Counted from the first letter of the stretch, positions 19,580-30,678 are shown. The stretch: 64,000 nucleotides of DNA from a bacterium (GCA_029580855.1 JAKPQH010000028.1:30940-94939); one strand, 5' to 3'. Made by a program: numbers and translations. Notes: generated by a model from the letters alone, not told the origin.

Positions 19580-19999
19580 TCAGGCCCCGTCAGCCGCCTG
19601 CGGGTCCTCCTTCTTCGCCTCGGGCGGCTCCGTCGACTCGTCGTCGGAACCGGCCATCTCACAGTTCCCGTTGAATACGGCGCCCTCGGCCACAACCAGA
19701 CAGGGGGTTCGGATCGTCCCGGTCACCCGGCCCGGCCTCAGGAGCTCCACCCGATCGCGGGCGCTGATGGCTCCTTGTACCTGGCCGCTCACCACCAGGG
19801 TCCCGACCTCGATTTCCGCTTTGACCTGTGCCGGCTCGCCGATGATGAGCAACTCCTCGCCGACGATCTCCCCCTCCAGGTGACCGTCGATGCGAACCGC
19901 GCCGGCGAAACTCAGGACCCCCTTGAACTGCGTCCCCTCTCCGAGGAAGGCGCGAATCTCGCCGAAGTCGGCGCCCGCCCGCTCCTTGTCTCGTTTCAA
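19580..19999 (-). CDS. bactofilin-family cytoskeletal protein
   Basis: Beta-helical repeats FKGVLSFAGAVRIDGHLEGEIVG...AEIEVGTLVVSGQVQGAISA...VTGTIRTPCLVVAEGAVFNGNC are followed by an acidic tail. The chosen start is TTG at 19999, 8 nt after GGGAGG; the ORF stays open up to 20104. Confidence 0.8.
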   Translation of the reverse strand: MKRDKERAGADFGEIRAFLGEGTQFKGVLSFAGAVRIDGHLEGEIVGEELLIIGEPAQVKAEIEVGTLVVSGQVQGAISARDRVELLRPGRVTGTIRTPCLVVAEGAVFNGNCEMAGSDDESTEPPEAKKEDPQAADGA

Positions 20000-20147
20000 C
20001 GCCAGGACCTCCCGGGGGACAGAAACCGCATCCCGCGCCAACGGGAAAGACGAAAGAGAGCCGCAGCGAAGATAAGGATGATGCATGGTACGGTAGCGGA
20101 GCAATTCGAGCGTGTCAATTTGAAACTGCCCGACATTCGGAGATGCG

Positions 20148-21425
20148 TCAGGCGCCGCGAACGCGGCACCAGCGGCACATCACGAGGAGGAGCGCCTTGA
20201 CGGCGGCCACGACTTCCGCGATCGGCACGTGCTCGTTCGAGCCGTGCGCGACCGCGCAGTTGCCCGGGCCGAACACCACGCTGGGAATCCCGGCGTGCCT
20301 TGCCAGATACGGGAGGTCGCACCCGGCCGGAAATCCCGCCAGGACAGCGGGGCGCCCCGCCGCGTCGCCCACGGCGGCCGAGACCAGCGCAACGAAGGGG
20401 TGCGCTTCGGACGTCTCCGCGCCTTCCTTGTTCAGGCCGAGCCATTCGACCCGAGGCGGGTGCACGCGGAGCCACGCATCCTCGGCCGCGACCGCGGCCA
20501 CGCGCGCTTCCAGGTCCCGTCGCGCCGCTTGATAAGTCTCCGCCGGAGCGTAACCCATCAGCCCCTCGAGCACGCAGGTCTCGGGGACCTTGGAGGGAAT
20601 ACGGTCGGCGGAGATTTTGCCCACGACGATCGGCGTGAAGATGGGATAACGGGCGAACAGCGGCGTTCGAAGGCGGACCTGGCGCTCGCCCTCCAGGCGC
20701 CGCAGCCCCTCCAGGATGGGGAGGGCTTTCTCGAGGGCGCTCACACCCTCGTACGAGCGGATCGGGTGTGCGCCCTGGCCTTGAACCGTGATCCGAAAGG
20801 CCTGCCCGCCTCGGGACGCGGGACACACGTCCAGGTCCGAGGGCTCGAAGACGATGGCCGCGTCTGCCCGGTAGCCGCGCTGGAGCGTGGCCAGCGTCCC
20901 GCCCCCGCCCCACTCCTCGTCGACCACGCTCTCCCGGACGATATCCGCGTCGGGCGAGACGCCGACTGCCCGAAGGCAGTGCGCGGCGAAAAGCATGGCG
21001 GCCAAGCCGGCCTTGTCGTCGACAGAGCCGCGTCCGTAGAGTTTCCCGTCCACGAGGGCGCCCGACCACGGGTCGTGGGTCCACGCCTCTGCCGGGCCCG
21101 CATCGACAACGTCCACGTGCGCGTTCAGGATCAGCGAGCGCCTGCCGCCGCGGCCTCGGATCGTTCCCACGACATTGGGCCGGCCGGCGAAACTCGTCCC
21201 CGGATGGAAATAGGCCGGGTGCCGGTCGAGCCAGGCCTGATCCGGCTCCCACATATCCACCCTATCGCAGCAGGCGCGCATGATCTCTGCCACGACCGCC
21301 TGGCACGGCCCCTCCGAACCCACCACGCTCGGCACCGAAACGAGCCGCTGCAAGAGTGCCACGAGGTCGCCGACGTGCGCCTCGATCCATCGCTGTGTCG
21401 CCTGTTCGGCAGCAATCAAGGGCAT
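20148..21425 (-). CDS. M20-family metallopeptidase/deacylase (ArgE/DapE-like)
   Basis: The 425-aa ORF has the blocks LILNAHVDVV, GRGSVDDKAGLAAM and ESVVDEEWGGGG (metal ligands), plus a dimerisation-domain region. Confidence 0.85.
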   Translation of the reverse strand: MPLIAAEQATQRWIEAHVGDLVALLQRLVSVPSVVGSEGPCQAVVAEIMRACCDRVDMWEPDQAWLDRHPAYFHPGTSFAGRPNVVGTIRGRGGRRSLILNAHVDVVDAGPAEAWTHDPWSGALVDGKLYGRGSVDDKAGLAAMLFAAHCLRAVGVSPDADIVRESVVDEEWGGGGTLATLQRGYRADAAIVFEPSDLDVCPASRGGQAFRITVQGQGAHPIRSYEGVSALEKALPILEGLRRLEGERQVRLRTPLFARYPIFTPIVVGKISADRIPSKVPETCVLEGLMGYAPAETYQAARRDLEARVAAVAAEDAWLRVHPPRVEWLGLNKEGAETSEAHPFVALVSAAVGDAAGRPAVLAGFPAGCDLPYLARHAGIPSVVFGPGNCAVAHGSNEHVPIAEVVAAVKALLLVMCRWCRVRGA

Positions 21426-21927
21426 GATCCCGCTCTCCGAGTTCCGGGCCTCGCGCCCGCCTCGGTGACGGCCTCCTCCAAGACGGCACGGCCCTCATCC
21501 CCGGCGTCCGCGTGTATCATGCGGAAGCATCGCGTCCGTTGACTTGTGTTGTCAAGGATAAACGAGGCTGCCGACCGGTTTCGTCGTGCGCGCCGTGACC
21601 CCGTGGACCATTCGCCTCATCGTCGCCCTTCTGCTCATCACACTGTTTCCCGAGCTCGTGCTCTTCCCGCTCCGCGCGACCGGTTTTGGATAAAAGACGG
21701 CCGAGGGGTTAGGGGGGATTTCCGGCACCCATCGGACGAACGCGCCGTTTCGTGCGCAAAGCGGCCACAGCCGGTCATTCGCGAGCGGAACGACCCACGG
21801 GAAGATTCATCTGGCCTGGCAGATACGGTATCTTGACTTTTCCAGGATTAGACTGGTAACGTGCGGGCATCCTCCATTGCGGAGTGCGTATCTCCAGTTC
21901 ACCGAGATTTGCTTGGCGGAGGCCGCG

Positions 21928-23529
21928 ATGCAAGCGCTTGGCGTCAACCCGAGTCATTACGGTCTGGAACGTCACGGAATTCAAAACGTCAGCCAGGCTT
22001 TCTGGAATCTCGGAACGGCGGCACTGGTTGAAAATGCAATCCGGCGACGCGAAGGTCTGCTGGCGGCCGGCGGCGCCTTCGTGGTCCGGACAGGCCAATA
22101 CACCGGCCGCTCGCCGGACGATAAGTTCGTCGTGAAGGAGTCGTCGACACAGGACCGGATCTGGTGGGGGCCGGTCAATCGTCCCTTCGACCTCGCACGC
22201 TTCGACGCGCTGTACGGACGCCTGCTGGCATATCTGCAGGGGAGCGAGCTTTACGTCCAGGACTGTTTCGCCGGGGCCGATCCGGATCACCGGATCCCCA
22301 TCCGCATCGTCACGGAGTATGCCTGGCACAACCTGTTCGCGCGGCAGCTGTTCGTGCGCCCCGATTGGACCAAGACGGGCGACCACGTCCCCCGATTCAC
22401 GATCATCGACATTCCCAAGTTTCACGCCTACCCTGACCTGGATGGAACGCGCTCCGAGGCCTTCGTCGTCGTCAATTTCGGTAAGGGGCTCGTCATCATC
22501 GGGGGCACGAGTTATGCGGGGGAAATGAAGAAGTCGGTCTTTACCATCTTGAATTTCCTTTTGCCACTCAAGCGGGTCCTCTCGATGCACTGCTCCGCCA
22601 ACCAAGGATGTCGCGGGGATGTGGCGCTGTTCTTCGGTTTGTCTGGCACCGGAAAGACCACCCTCTCCGCGGACCCGGAGCGCCGCCTGATCGGCGATGA
22701 CGAGCATGGGTGGAGCGAGACCGGCGTTTTCAACTTCGAGGGCGGTTGTTACGCAAAATGTATCAACCTGTCCCGCGAGGACGAGCCACAGATCTGGAGC
22801 GCGATCCGTTACGGGGCCGTCTTGGAGAACGTATCGATTGACCCGAAGACCCGGCTCTTGAACTATCAGGACGGATCCTTGACGGAAAACACCCGTGCCG
22901 CTTTCCCGGTGAGTTTTATCCCGGGAGCCGTCATCCCCGGTGTGGCCGGTCATCCGCGGAACGTTTTTTTTCTCACCTGTGACGCTTTCGGTGTCCTCCC
23001 TCCCATTGCCCGGCTGACACCGGAGCAAGCAATGTATCACTTCCTTTCCGGGTATACCGCCAAACTTGCCGGGACCGAACGAGGGCTTGGCTCGGAGCCG
23101 AAGGCGACTTTCAGCGCTTGTTTCGGTGCCCCGTTTCTTGTCCTGCATCCCACCTTCTACGCCGAGATGCTCGGAGAGCGGATCACGCGGCAACGGGTGA
23201 ATTGCTGGTTGATCAACACGGGGTGGACTGGGGGGCCGGTTGGGATCGGCCAACGCTTGCGGCTGCCGCACACGCGCGCCCTGCTGCGGGCGGCGTTGAC
23301 GGGGAAACTCGACGGTGTCTCTATGAGGACGGATCCGGTCTTCGGTTTGCAAGTCCCGACGGAGTGTCCAGATGTCCCGAGCTTAATTTTGGATCCCAGG
23401 GCGACCTGGCCGAAGGCGGAATCGTACGACAATCAAGCCAAACAATTGACGGGTCTTTTCCGGAAAAACTTCGAACAGTTCAAAGACACGTCTACAGCGA
23501 TACGCGATGCCGGGCCGACGATCGCTTGA
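21928..23529 (+). CDS. pckA: phosphoenolpyruvate carboxykinase (ATP)
   Basis: The ATG at 21928 lies 5 nt after GGAGG. Blocks present: TGRSPDDKF, the kinase-1a motif [11 protein letters not shown] and IGDDEHGW. Confidence 0.95.
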   Translation: MQALGVNPSHYGLERHGIQNVSQAFWNLGTAALVENAIRRREGLLAAGGAFVVRTGQYTGRSPDDKFVVKESSTQDRIWWGPVNRPFDLARFDALYGRLLAYLQGSELYVQDCFAGADPDHRIPIRIVTEYAWHNLFARQLFVRPDWTKTGDHVPRFTIIDIPKFHAYPDLDGTRSEAFVVVNFGKGLVIIGGTSYAGEMKKSVFTILNFLLPLKRVLSMHCSANQGCRGDVALFFGLSGTGKTTLSADPERRLIGDDEHGWSETGVFNFEGGCYAKCINLSREDEPQIWSAIRYGAVLENVSIDPKTRLLNYQDGSLTENTRAAFPVSFIPGAVIPGVAGHPRNVFFLTCDAFGVLPPIARLTPEQAMYHFLSGYTAKLAGTERGLGSEPKATFSACFGAPFLVLHPTFYAEMLGERITRQRVNCWLINTGWTGGPVGIGQRLRLPHTRALLRAALTGKLDGVSMRTDPVFGLQVPTECPDVPSLILDPRATWPKAESYDNQAKQLTGLFRKNFEQFKDTSTAIRDAGPTIA

Positions 23530-23586
23530 GATCGTGCGTCATCCTTCCGCCGGCAAAGTCGCTGGGCGACCGTCCGGCGGTTGTCG

Positions 23587-25227
23587 CTACCGTTCCACCC
23601 TGCCCCGGATACGTTCCAACATGCGGCGGTATCCTCGGGGATTCACCCTTGCCGCAATGATGGCGGGTTTTGTCGTGTGAAGGGCATCCGTGAGGGCCAT
23701 ACGCAAGCCGGCTTCGTCCTCGACCGCGGTTCCAAGCGCGCCCAGCCCTTCCGCGATTTTCGGAATGTCCATGCTATTCAATGCGACACCCAACGGAGCG
23801 TATCGTTTTTGTTCTTGCGCCACCCGGGGGAGGCTCAATGCGTCGTCGACGAACACCACCATGACGAGCGGGCTCTCCAGTCGGGTGGCGGTGGCAACTT
23901 CGGGAAGATTGAGGAGAAACCCGTTGTCTCCCATGAAAGCCAAAACTGGGCGGTTCGGGGCCTCCAGCTTGGCGGCGATCGCCGCCGGCAACGCATAACC
24001 CACGCCTCCCAAGTTTGCCGAGCAGAGGAAACTCTTGGGTTCGTAGGTCTCCCAAAAAGCCGCGGCGACGAGAGCGTGTGCGCCCGTCCCCGTGGTCGCC
24101 AGCGTTGTTTTCGGAAACACCTCGCGCGCGATCTCCACGACTCGATTGGGCGCGAGCGTGCCCCCGCCGGGTGCGCGACAGGCTTCCGCGAGTAAGTTTT
24201 TGGATCGGCTTCGGTGCGTCACCCCTTGACGCGACCATGCCGCTAGGCTCCACACGCCCGCGGGAGGCAAGTTCTCCCGCAGGATGGCAAGCCCATCGAT
24301 CAGATCTCCGACAGCCTCGGCCTCCGAGTCAAACGCATTTGGAGTGTTCCGATACTCCGCAATAGTGAGAAGCATAGAGCCGAATCGTCGGCCGGGCGGC
24401 GGAGTCTCGTCCGGGTCCAGACCGATCGCAAGCACGCAATCCGCCTGGTTCAGGAGATCCGCCTCCAGTTTGCCCCCAAAAAACACGCCGGCCGCCAATG
24501 GGTGGTCCTCGGGGATCACGCCTTTCGCACGGGGTGTCGTAAGCGTCGGCGCCCCAAGGTGTTCGACGAGCTCCCGCAGCGCAGCGGCCGCTCCGGGGTC
24601 CCGGCAACCGAGGCCGGCCACGATCACGGCCCGACCGCTCCTTGCCAAGAGTCTCGCGATCATCCGAATGGCGCTGGGTGACGGCGCGTCCCGTCGCCGA
24701 CATCCGGCCGGAAGCGCCCGACGCCTCGCCGAGCCGGCCGCCTCGTCTGCCGGCAAGTCCAGGTGAACCGGTCCGGGTGGCGCACCCATCGCCTCTGCCC
24801 ACGCCCAAGCGATCAACCGCTCTGCCCTGGCCCTCGTGATAGTAACGGATTTCTTCGTGATAGACCGAAAAATACGAGTATTCTCAAGCCGTTGTCTCCA
24901 TCCCATCCGTTCGCCGGTTCGTGCCTGGCAGCCAGAAATCAGGACGAGCGGCAATCGATCCAGATACGCGTGCCGCACGCCCGGCACTGCACCAGCCGCC
25001 CCGGACCCTACACTGGCGATGCAAACCCCAGGCTTGCCCGTCAGATCACCGCCAGTGGCTGCCATGATGGCCGCAGCCTCCGCCTGCTGGACGGCGACGA
25101 AGTGCATACGGCACGCCCGGACGGCCTCAATCAGGTCGAGGCTGCTTCCCTCTCCGGCCACGCCGTAGATCCGGCGCACCCCAGAGTTCGCAAGGAACCC
25201 TACAACTGTTTCGGCCGTCGTGGTCAT
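23587..25227 (-). CDS. thiamine-pyrophosphate-dependent enzyme (acetolactate-synthase-like)
   Basis: The 546-aa ORF has an N-terminal TPP-pyrimidine domain (GVRRIYGVAGEGSSLDLIEA...) and a C-terminal TPP-binding motif (GDNGFLLNLPEVATA). Confidence 0.85.
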   Translation of the reverse strand: MTTTAETVVGFLANSGVRRIYGVAGEGSSLDLIEAVRACRMHFVAVQQAEAAAIMAATGGDLTGKPGVCIASVGSGAAGAVPGVRHAYLDRLPLVLISGCQARTGERMGWRQRLENTRIFRSITKKSVTITRARAERLIAWAWAEAMGAPPGPVHLDLPADEAAGSARRRALPAGCRRRDAPSPSAIRMIARLLARSGRAVIVAGLGCRDPGAAAALRELVEHLGAPTLTTPRAKGVIPEDHPLAAGVFFGGKLEADLLNQADCVLAIGLDPDETPPPGRRFGSMLLTIAEYRNTPNAFDSEAEAVGDLIDGLAILRENLPPAGVWSLAAWSRQGVTHRSRSKNLLAEACRAPGGGTLAPNRVVEIAREVFPKTTLATTGTGAHALVAAAFWETYEPKSFLCSANLGGVGYALPAAIAAKLEAPNRPVLAFMGDNGFLLNLPEVATATRLESPLVMVVFVDDALSLPRVAQEQKRYAPLGVALNSMDIPKIAEGLGALGTAVEDEAGLRMALTDALHTTKPAIIAARVNPRGYRRMLERIRGRVER

Positions 25228-25312
25228 CGGTCACTATCCATCCGCCGACGCTTGTCGCCGCAGCGCTTCTTGGCCACCGACAAAGCCAACGAACCATGCG
25301 TCGGCTGGGACG

Positions 25313-26008
25313 TCACATGGCCTTGCCGCAAATATCCCCGAAAAGTCTGGCTTGGAACAACAAGAGATAAAACCACAGAAACGGCCAGATTATTGGGCCC
25401 AAATAGGGAACGGCGGCCAGCATTCCCGCCGCGATGAATAGGCCCACGCTCAGCACGTAGGTCGGCACGTACTCCGTGAGGACTGCGTTGATGCCACCCC
25501 AGAGGGTCGCCGGGTGAAACGCCGCTTCCAGGCGTCGGCGCGCCAGGTACCCAGCCAATCCTATTGGAACGAAGAACAAGGTGAACATCCCGGCCAGCAC
25601 GCCCAGTACCATCAGCACCATTCCCAAAAAAAGAATAATCCCACCTTTGACCAAGAGACCGAGTCCGATAAGCAGAAAAAGGAGGGGGATGATACCGTAC
25701 GCGAGGCCGACGGAAAACACCACCAACCCGCCAGCGAAGAGTCCTGGCCATCCTTCCCATTCTGGAAGATCGGCCGCGTCCCGGCGCAGGGCGGCGGCGT
25801 ACACTCGGACGACATATCCGATGGCAGGGAGGTTTACCGCGACGGCCAACGGAGCAATACCGAAAGCCGCTTCCTCGGACACCAGATACGCCAGACCCAC
25901 GAAGACCAGCTCCAGCAAGAGTCCGGTGGCGCCGCCGATCAGCAGCTTGCGAGGCCAGTCCGCCCCGCGCAACGGAAACATGGCGGACGCCTTGATCTGC
26001 ACGAACAT
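25313..26008 (-). CDS. DUF4013-like polytopic membrane protein
   Basis: The 231-aa ORF has FPLRGADWPRKLLIGG...GYVVRVYAAALRRDAADLPEWEGWPGLFAGG plus several hydrophobic helices. The family assignment is from memory. Confidence 0.65.
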   Translation of the reverse strand: MFVQIKASAMFPLRGADWPRKLLIGGATGLLLELVFVGLAYLVSEEAAFGIAPLAVAVNLPAIGYVVRVYAAALRRDAADLPEWEGWPGLFAGGLVVFSVGLAYGIIPLLFLLIGLGLLVKGGIILFLGMVLMVLGVLAGMFTLFFVPIGLAGYLARRRLEAAFHPATLWGGINAVLTEYVPTYVLSVGLFIAAGMLAAVPYLGPIIWPFLWFYLLLFQARLFGDICGKAM

Positions 26009-26010
26009 AG

Positions 26011-26856
26011 TCAGCGGCCCCCCAGGATGATCTCGGCGATCCGCGCGAGGTCGTCACCGGAGAAGTACGCGATCTGCAGCGTTCCTCCTTTGCCGTCTGC
26101 CACGATCCGCACTTTCGTTCCGAGGGTCGCCCTGAGACGATCCTCGAGGTCGCTCAGGTTCGGGTCCTGGTTTGGCTTCAGCACACCTTTGGCGATGGGG
26201 CCCCGCCATCGACGAACGAGGGCTTCCGTCGCGCGAACGCTCAAACCGCGCCTCAACACCTCGTCTCGCGCTTTTAACTGATCGGAAACCCTTTCCAAGC
26301 CTAACAGCGCGCGGGCGTGCCCCTCGGAAAGCGTCCCTTCGGCCACATCCTCCTGGATTCGTTTCGGAAGCCGCAATAACCGCAGGGAGTTCGCCACGGA
26401 CGAACGGTCGCGCCCCAGGCGTCCGGCGAGCTCTTCCTGGGTGAGTCCAAACTCTCCCACCAGCCTTTGGTATGCCTCCGCGGCCTCGAGAGGATTCAAA
26501 TCCTCCCGCTGAAGGTTTTCCACCAGCGCGATCTGCAGGGCTTGCGAATCGCTCGCCTCTTTGACGATCGTCGGCACGTGAGTCAAGCCGGCGAGTCGGG
26601 CCGCGCGGATTCTCCGCTCCCCAGCGATGACCTGAAAGCCGTCAGTGACTCGCCGAACGACCACCGGCGTCAGGACGCCGTGTTCCCGAATCGTGGTGGC
26701 CAGCTCTTCGAGAGCCGTTTCGTCGAAGTGCTTTCGTGGCTGAAAGGGATTGCGTTCCAAGTCTGCGAGCGGCAATTCCTGAACGCCCGTCCGCGGCGCG
26801 TCGGCCCCAGGAATCAACGCACCCAGCCCTTTACCCAACGCGTGTCTTTGCACCAT
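26011..26856 (-). CDS. parB: chromosome partitioning protein ParB
   Basis: The 281-aa ORF has ParB boxes RNPFQPRKHFDETALEELATTIREHGVLTPVVV and AGERRIRAARLAGL, plus an HTH region. Confidence 0.92.
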   Translation of the reverse strand: MVQRHALGKGLGALIPGADAPRTGVQELPLADLERNPFQPRKHFDETALEELATTIREHGVLTPVVVRRVTDGFQVIAGERRIRAARLAGLTHVPTIVKEASDSQALQIALVENLQREDLNPLEAAEAYQRLVGEFGLTQEELAGRLGRDRSSVANSLRLLRLPKRIQEDVAEGTLSEGHARALLGLERVSDQLKARDEVLRRGLSVRATEALVRRWRGPIAKGVLKPNQDPNLSDLEDRLRATLGTKVRIVADGKGGTLQIAYFSGDDLARIAEIILGGR

Positions 26857-27613
26857 CGATCACCTCTCGAGCCAGTCGCAGGTAACCTTCGGCACCAGCA
26901 CTGCGAATATCGTACAGGATGATGGGCTTGCCGTGACTTGGGGCCTCGCCGAGGCGGATATTGCGAGGAATCACGGTCCGAAAAACCCGTTGACCGAAAT
27001 GCTGTCGGACCTCGGCGGCCACCTGACCCGCCAGATTCACGCGCCCGTCGAACATCGTGAGCAAAATGCCTTCCACGTCCAGCAAAGGGTTGAGCGTCTG
27101 GCGGCAAAGCCGGACCGTCTCGAGAATTTGCCCGAGCCCCTCAAGGGCGTAGTACTCACACTGGAGCGGGATCAGGACAGAATGTGCAGCCACAAGCGCA
27201 TTGAGTGTCAAAAATCCGAGGGACGGAGGACAGTCGATCAGCACGTAAGCATATTCTCTTATCACCGGCTGAATCGCTGTCTTGAGGCGCTGTTCGCGAT
27301 CCGGCAGATCGACCAACTCGATTTCTGCGCCCACAAGCTCCCGCCGCGAGGGGACGACCTGCAGCATCGGAAGTGCGGTTGATAAAACGATCTCCGAGGT
27401 TTGGATCTGCCCAAGAAGCGCATGATATATATTGTGCTTGGCACTTCGCATGTCAACGCCGACCCCGGTCGTGGCGTTGGCTTGCGGGTCAACATCCACA
27501 AGGAGCGTGGGCTGTTCCGCTGCAGCCAGACAGGCGGCCAAGTTTACGGCTGTGGTTGTTTTCCCCACGCCGCCTTTCTGGTTTGCGACCGCGATGATTT
27601 TTGGCACATCCAT
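26831..27613 (-). CDS. parA: chromosome partitioning ATPase ParA/Soj
   Basis: It has the deviant Walker A motif ANQKGGVGKTTTAVNLA. The start is either ATG at 27613 or GTG at 27607, which has better spacing from GGAGG. Confidence 0.93.
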   Translation of the reverse strand: MDVPKIIAVANQKGGVGKTTTAVNLAACLAAAEQPTLLVDVDPQANATTGVGVDMRSAKHNIYHALLGQIQTSEIVLSTALPMLQVVPSRRELVGAEIELVDLPDREQRLKTAIQPVIREYAYVLIDCPPSLGFLTLNALVAAHSVLIPLQCEYYALEGLGQILETVRLCRQTLNPLLDVEGILLTMFDGRVNLAGQVAAEVRQHFGQRVFRTVIPRNIRLGEAPSHGKPIILYDIRSAGAEGYLRLAREVIDGAKTRVG

Positions 27614-27688
27614 CCTCCGGCACCCGCGGCACGATAACATACTTCCAGCCGGTCGGCCAAGAGCGATGTTTCACGTGAAACGCGGTCG

Positions 27689-28378
27689 TCACGAACCCCC
27701 GCTCGCCTTCCTGAGAATGAGAATGCGCCGTTCGGGTTTGCCGAACTCAGGCGGCACTTTTTTCTCTCCTATCGCCTCGAATCCTCCGTCGGTCAAGCAC
27801 CGAACCGCGTCTTTGACTTCGTCGGAGGCCCCGGTCTGTGCCAGGAAGATTCCAGACGGACGAAGAAGCGGGAAGACGAGGCGTCCAACGTTTTCCAGGG
27901 GCGCCACCGCTCTCGCAAGGGCTACGTCGAACGCCGCGAGCATACCAGTCTCTCCGAGCAGAGTCTCGACACGGTCTGAACGGATTCGCGTGCGCTTGAG
28001 ATCGAGTCGTCGAACCACGTGGCGCAAAAAGGCGATCTTCTTTCGCGAGGGTTCCACGAGTGTGAAGTCCAGGCCTGGTTTGACGAGCGCTAGCGGAATG
28101 GCGGGAAATCCGGCCCCAGAACCCACGTCGACGACTCGACCTTCCGATATGGGCAAGAGCGGCGCACAAGCGAGGGAGTCGAGAAACCCCTGGCGAACGA
28201 TCTCCGCCGGCGTCTCAAATGCAGTCAAATTGATCCGCCCAGACCAGCGGAGAATTTCCTCGCGGTATGCGCGAAACGCAACAATAACGTCTGCGCCGAG
28301 TTGGATTCCCATCGAGGTCGCACCGGCGGCGAGAATATCGTCCGGTCTGAGGGCGACGTCTTTGGCGTTGGAAGACAA
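27689..28378 (-). CDS. rsmG: 16S rRNA (guanine527-N7)-methyltransferase
   Basis: The 229-aa ORF has the SAM motif VVDVGSGAGFPAIPLAL followed by TLVEPSRKKIAFL. Its position between parA and yidC fits. Confidence 0.88.
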   Translation of the reverse strand: MSSNAKDVALRPDDILAAGATSMGIQLGADVIVAFRAYREEILRWSGRINLTAFETPAEIVRQGFLDSLACAPLLPISEGRVVDVGSGAGFPAIPLALVKPGLDFTLVEPSRKKIAFLRHVVRRLDLKRTRIRSDRVETLLGETGMLAAFDVALARAVAPLENVGRLVFPLLRPSGIFLAQTGASDEVKDAVRCLTDGGFEAIGEKKVPPEFGKPERRILILRKASGGS

Positions 28379-28385
28379 GATGTGG

Positions 28386-30071
28386 TCAGGCCGGCTGACC
28401 CTCGCTTGCGCTCGGATGGGCCGGCTTCCGGTTGATCAGCCACTGCTGACCGATCTGAAGGATGTTGTTCACGAGCCAATACAGCACCAAACCCGAGGGG
28501 AAGCTCCAAAACATGAACGTGAAGATGATCGGCATCGTCCAGAGCATCATCTGGGCCTGGCGAGGGTCCCCGGTCGTCGGGGATATTTTCTGCTGAAACC
28601 ACATGCTCACACCCATGAGCAGAGCGAGGAGGTTCAGCGGGTATCCCCCCCAGAGCGTGAAACCGAAAAGCGAGTCGGGTTGGGTCAGGTCCCGTATCCA
28701 CAAGAAGCGCGCCTGCCACATTTCTACAGAACTGGACAGTGCATTGTAAAGGGCGATGAAAATCGGGATTTGAGCCAGCATCGGAAGGCATCCACCCATA
28801 GGGTTGACGCCGTGCTTTCGATACAATGCCATGGTCTCTTCTTGCTTTTTTTGAGGGTTGTTCTTGTATCGCTCTTGGATGGCCTGAACCTTCGGTTGTA
28901 TGGCTTGCATCGCCTGCATCGACTTCATGCTCTTGACGGTCAGCGGATGAAAGGCGATCTTCTGGAGCACGGTGACGAGAATGATGGCGATTCCGTAATT
29001 CCCTGTGTATTGATAGAGTAGTTTCAAGAGCCAGAGCGCTGGTCGAGCGAGGAAGGAAAACCACCCGAGGTCGATGAGTTGGTCCAGATCCTGTCCGACG
29101 GCCTTCAGAACATCCAGATCCCTGGGTCCAGCGTAGACTCGAGCCTTGAGGGTCAAATCGCCCCCCGGCGGCAAATTTTGCTTGGGGCCCACCAGCCCGA
29201 CGAGCCCTTGGTCCTTTTGGGCCTTCACCACGAAAGCGCGCAGATCCGATTCGCTCGGCAACAACGCTGCCGCGAAATACGTATCCTGGAGCGCTATCCA
29301 GGAGAGCTTTCCGTCCACAGACTTCTCGCCGGACAACTTCGCAAGGTCTTCGTGTACCCGCTTGCCATCCAACCAAAGGGTCGGCGGTTGGATCGTACTG
29401 GCGTGCATGGCCTGTTCATGCCGAAGACCGGGTCCCCACGAGAGCCGAGGTTGAGCGGAAACCGCCTCCGCGGTCAGGTTTCGGACGGTGAGCGCGACGT
29501 CGATGTCGTATCGATCGGCGTAAAAAGTCAGGCGTTTTTCTATCTGGAGGCCGGTGGCCGTCACTTGCTTGAATGTGAGCGTCCCGGTGTCTCCTGGACG
29601 GGTCAACTCGATCTTCTCTTTGTCGATCTCGAAAGCTCCATTGAGAGGTTCGGAGTCGACCCAGCTACTCAGAGCGCCCGGCGTAACCGTCGTCGAGGGA
29701 TCGGCCACCAGGTTCACAGGTTCGCCGCTATCAATCTTGTATTTTTTGAGTTGCCAACTCACGGCTCGCGCGCCGGACGTGGAAAAGACCGCGCGCACCA
29801 ACGGTGTTTCCACCGTAACCTCCTTTTGAGGGAGGTTTAATTGTGTGGTTGGGGTGTACGCTTTTGGAAGGGTGCTGGGTTTCACGATGATCGGCGCGGG
29901 TTGCGTAGCTTGGGGTGCCGTCGTTTTGTGGTCGCTGGGTGGCGCAGTGGTAGCACGCGGTGTCTCGTGGACCGCCGTCTCGAAACGGGAAATGTACCAT
30001 TGGTAACCCAAAAGAATGAGAATCACCAGGACGGTCGCTACGATCGCGTTGCGTTCCATGTTAAACTCCAA
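28386..30071 (-). CDS. yidC: membrane protein insertase YidC
   Basis: The 561-aa ORF has an N-terminal TM segment, a large periplasmic domain and the conserved C-terminal core (GNYGIAIILVTVLQKIAFHPL...GGCLPMLAQIPIFIALY). Confidence 0.93.
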   Translation of the reverse strand: MEFNMERNAIVATVLVILILLGYQWYISRFETAVHETPRATTAPPSDHKTTAPQATQPAPIIVKPSTLPKAYTPTTQLNLPQKEVTVETPLVRAVFSTSGARAVSWQLKKYKIDSGEPVNLVADPSTTVTPGALSSWVDSEPLNGAFEIDKEKIELTRPGDTGTLTFKQVTATGLQIEKRLTFYADRYDIDVALTVRNLTAEAVSAQPRLSWGPGLRHEQAMHASTIQPPTLWLDGKRVHEDLAKLSGEKSVDGKLSWIALQDTYFAAALLPSESDLRAFVVKAQKDQGLVGLVGPKQNLPPGGDLTLKARVYAGPRDLDVLKAVGQDLDQLIDLGWFSFLARPALWLLKLLYQYTGNYGIAIILVTVLQKIAFHPLTVKSMKSMQAMQAIQPKVQAIQERYKNNPQKKQEETMALYRKHGVNPMGGCLPMLAQIPIFIALYNALSSSVEMWQARFLWIRDLTQPDSLFGFTLWGGYPLNLLALLMGVSMWFQQKISPTTGDPRQAQMMLWTMPIIFTFMFWSFPSGLVLYWLVNNILQIGQQWLINRKPAHPSASEGQPA

Positions 30072-30083
30072 GACCGTATGTTA

Positions 30084-30311
30084 TTAGGCCTTTGGCACCG
30101 GGTCAAATCCGCCAGGGTGGTAGGGGTGGCACCGAAGCAAACGCCGGATCGTCAAAAACATCCCGCGGACGATTCCGTGGCGCTCGATGGCCTCGAGGGC
30201 GTAATACGAACAACTTGGACTGAACCGGCAGGCTGGGGGGAACGCCGGTGCGATCCATCTCTGGTACAATCCGATTACCCCCCGCATGAGCGTCTTGAGG
30301 ATCTCACCCAT
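30084..30311 (-). CDS. yidD: membrane protein insertion efficiency factor YidD
   Basis: Signature [31 protein letters not shown]...RLLRCHP is present. The start was chosen at the ATG at 30311; the ORF stays open to 30347. Confidence 0.85.
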   Translation of the reverse strand: MGEILKTLMRGVIGLYQRWIAPAFPPACRFSPSCSYYALEAIERHGIVRGMFLTIRRLLRCHPYHPGGFDPVPKA

Positions 30312-30660
30312 TTGGGTCGCCCCGTGCGGGCGCATTCGGATGTACAACTTCGTTCCCGCGCGTCATGAGTCGTTGAAGTGTCTGTCGGATTTCTCGGCGC
30401 GGTTGTTGGCGAATGTCGTCCCGGGCCACGAGAAGTATATCCGGTTGTGGTTCTTGTTTTAAAAGCGATCTGAAGACGTCCCTCGCCACCCGGCGCGCTC
30501 GGCTGCGTGTGACGGAATCACCGGCCTTGCGCCCGAGTGCCACGACGAGTCGACCACCGGTGTCTGTGCTGCGCGCCACGTACATGGTCCAAGATCCCAT
30601 TGACAGACGTCGGCCGCAGCGGCGTATCGCATTGACTGGAGAATCCCGTCGTGTCCTCAC
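30304..30660 (-). CDS. rnpA: ribonuclease P protein component
   Basis: The 118-aa basic ORF lies between rpmH and yidD. It has the block [23 protein letters not shown]...DILLVAR. Confidence 0.8.
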   Translation of the reverse strand: MRTRRDSPVNAIRRCGRRLSMGSWTMYVARSTDTGGRLVVALGRKAGDSVTRSRARRVARDVFRSLLKQEPQPDILLVARDDIRQQPRREIRQTLQRLMTRGNEVVHPNAPARGDPNG

Positions 30661-30678
30661 TCGTCATGTATGCGTGCG

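Noticed and set aside
21586-21693. A 35-codon hydrophobic mini-ORF (VRAVTPWTIRLIVALLLITLFPELVLFPLRATGFG) between the M20 peptidase gene and pckA.
   Set aside because: It looks like a single TM helix, but it has only GTG starts, no clear Shine-Dalgarno sequence and no family I recognise. I cannot support it without conservation or expression data. The overlapping 96-aa ORF at 21546-21836 also looks spurious.
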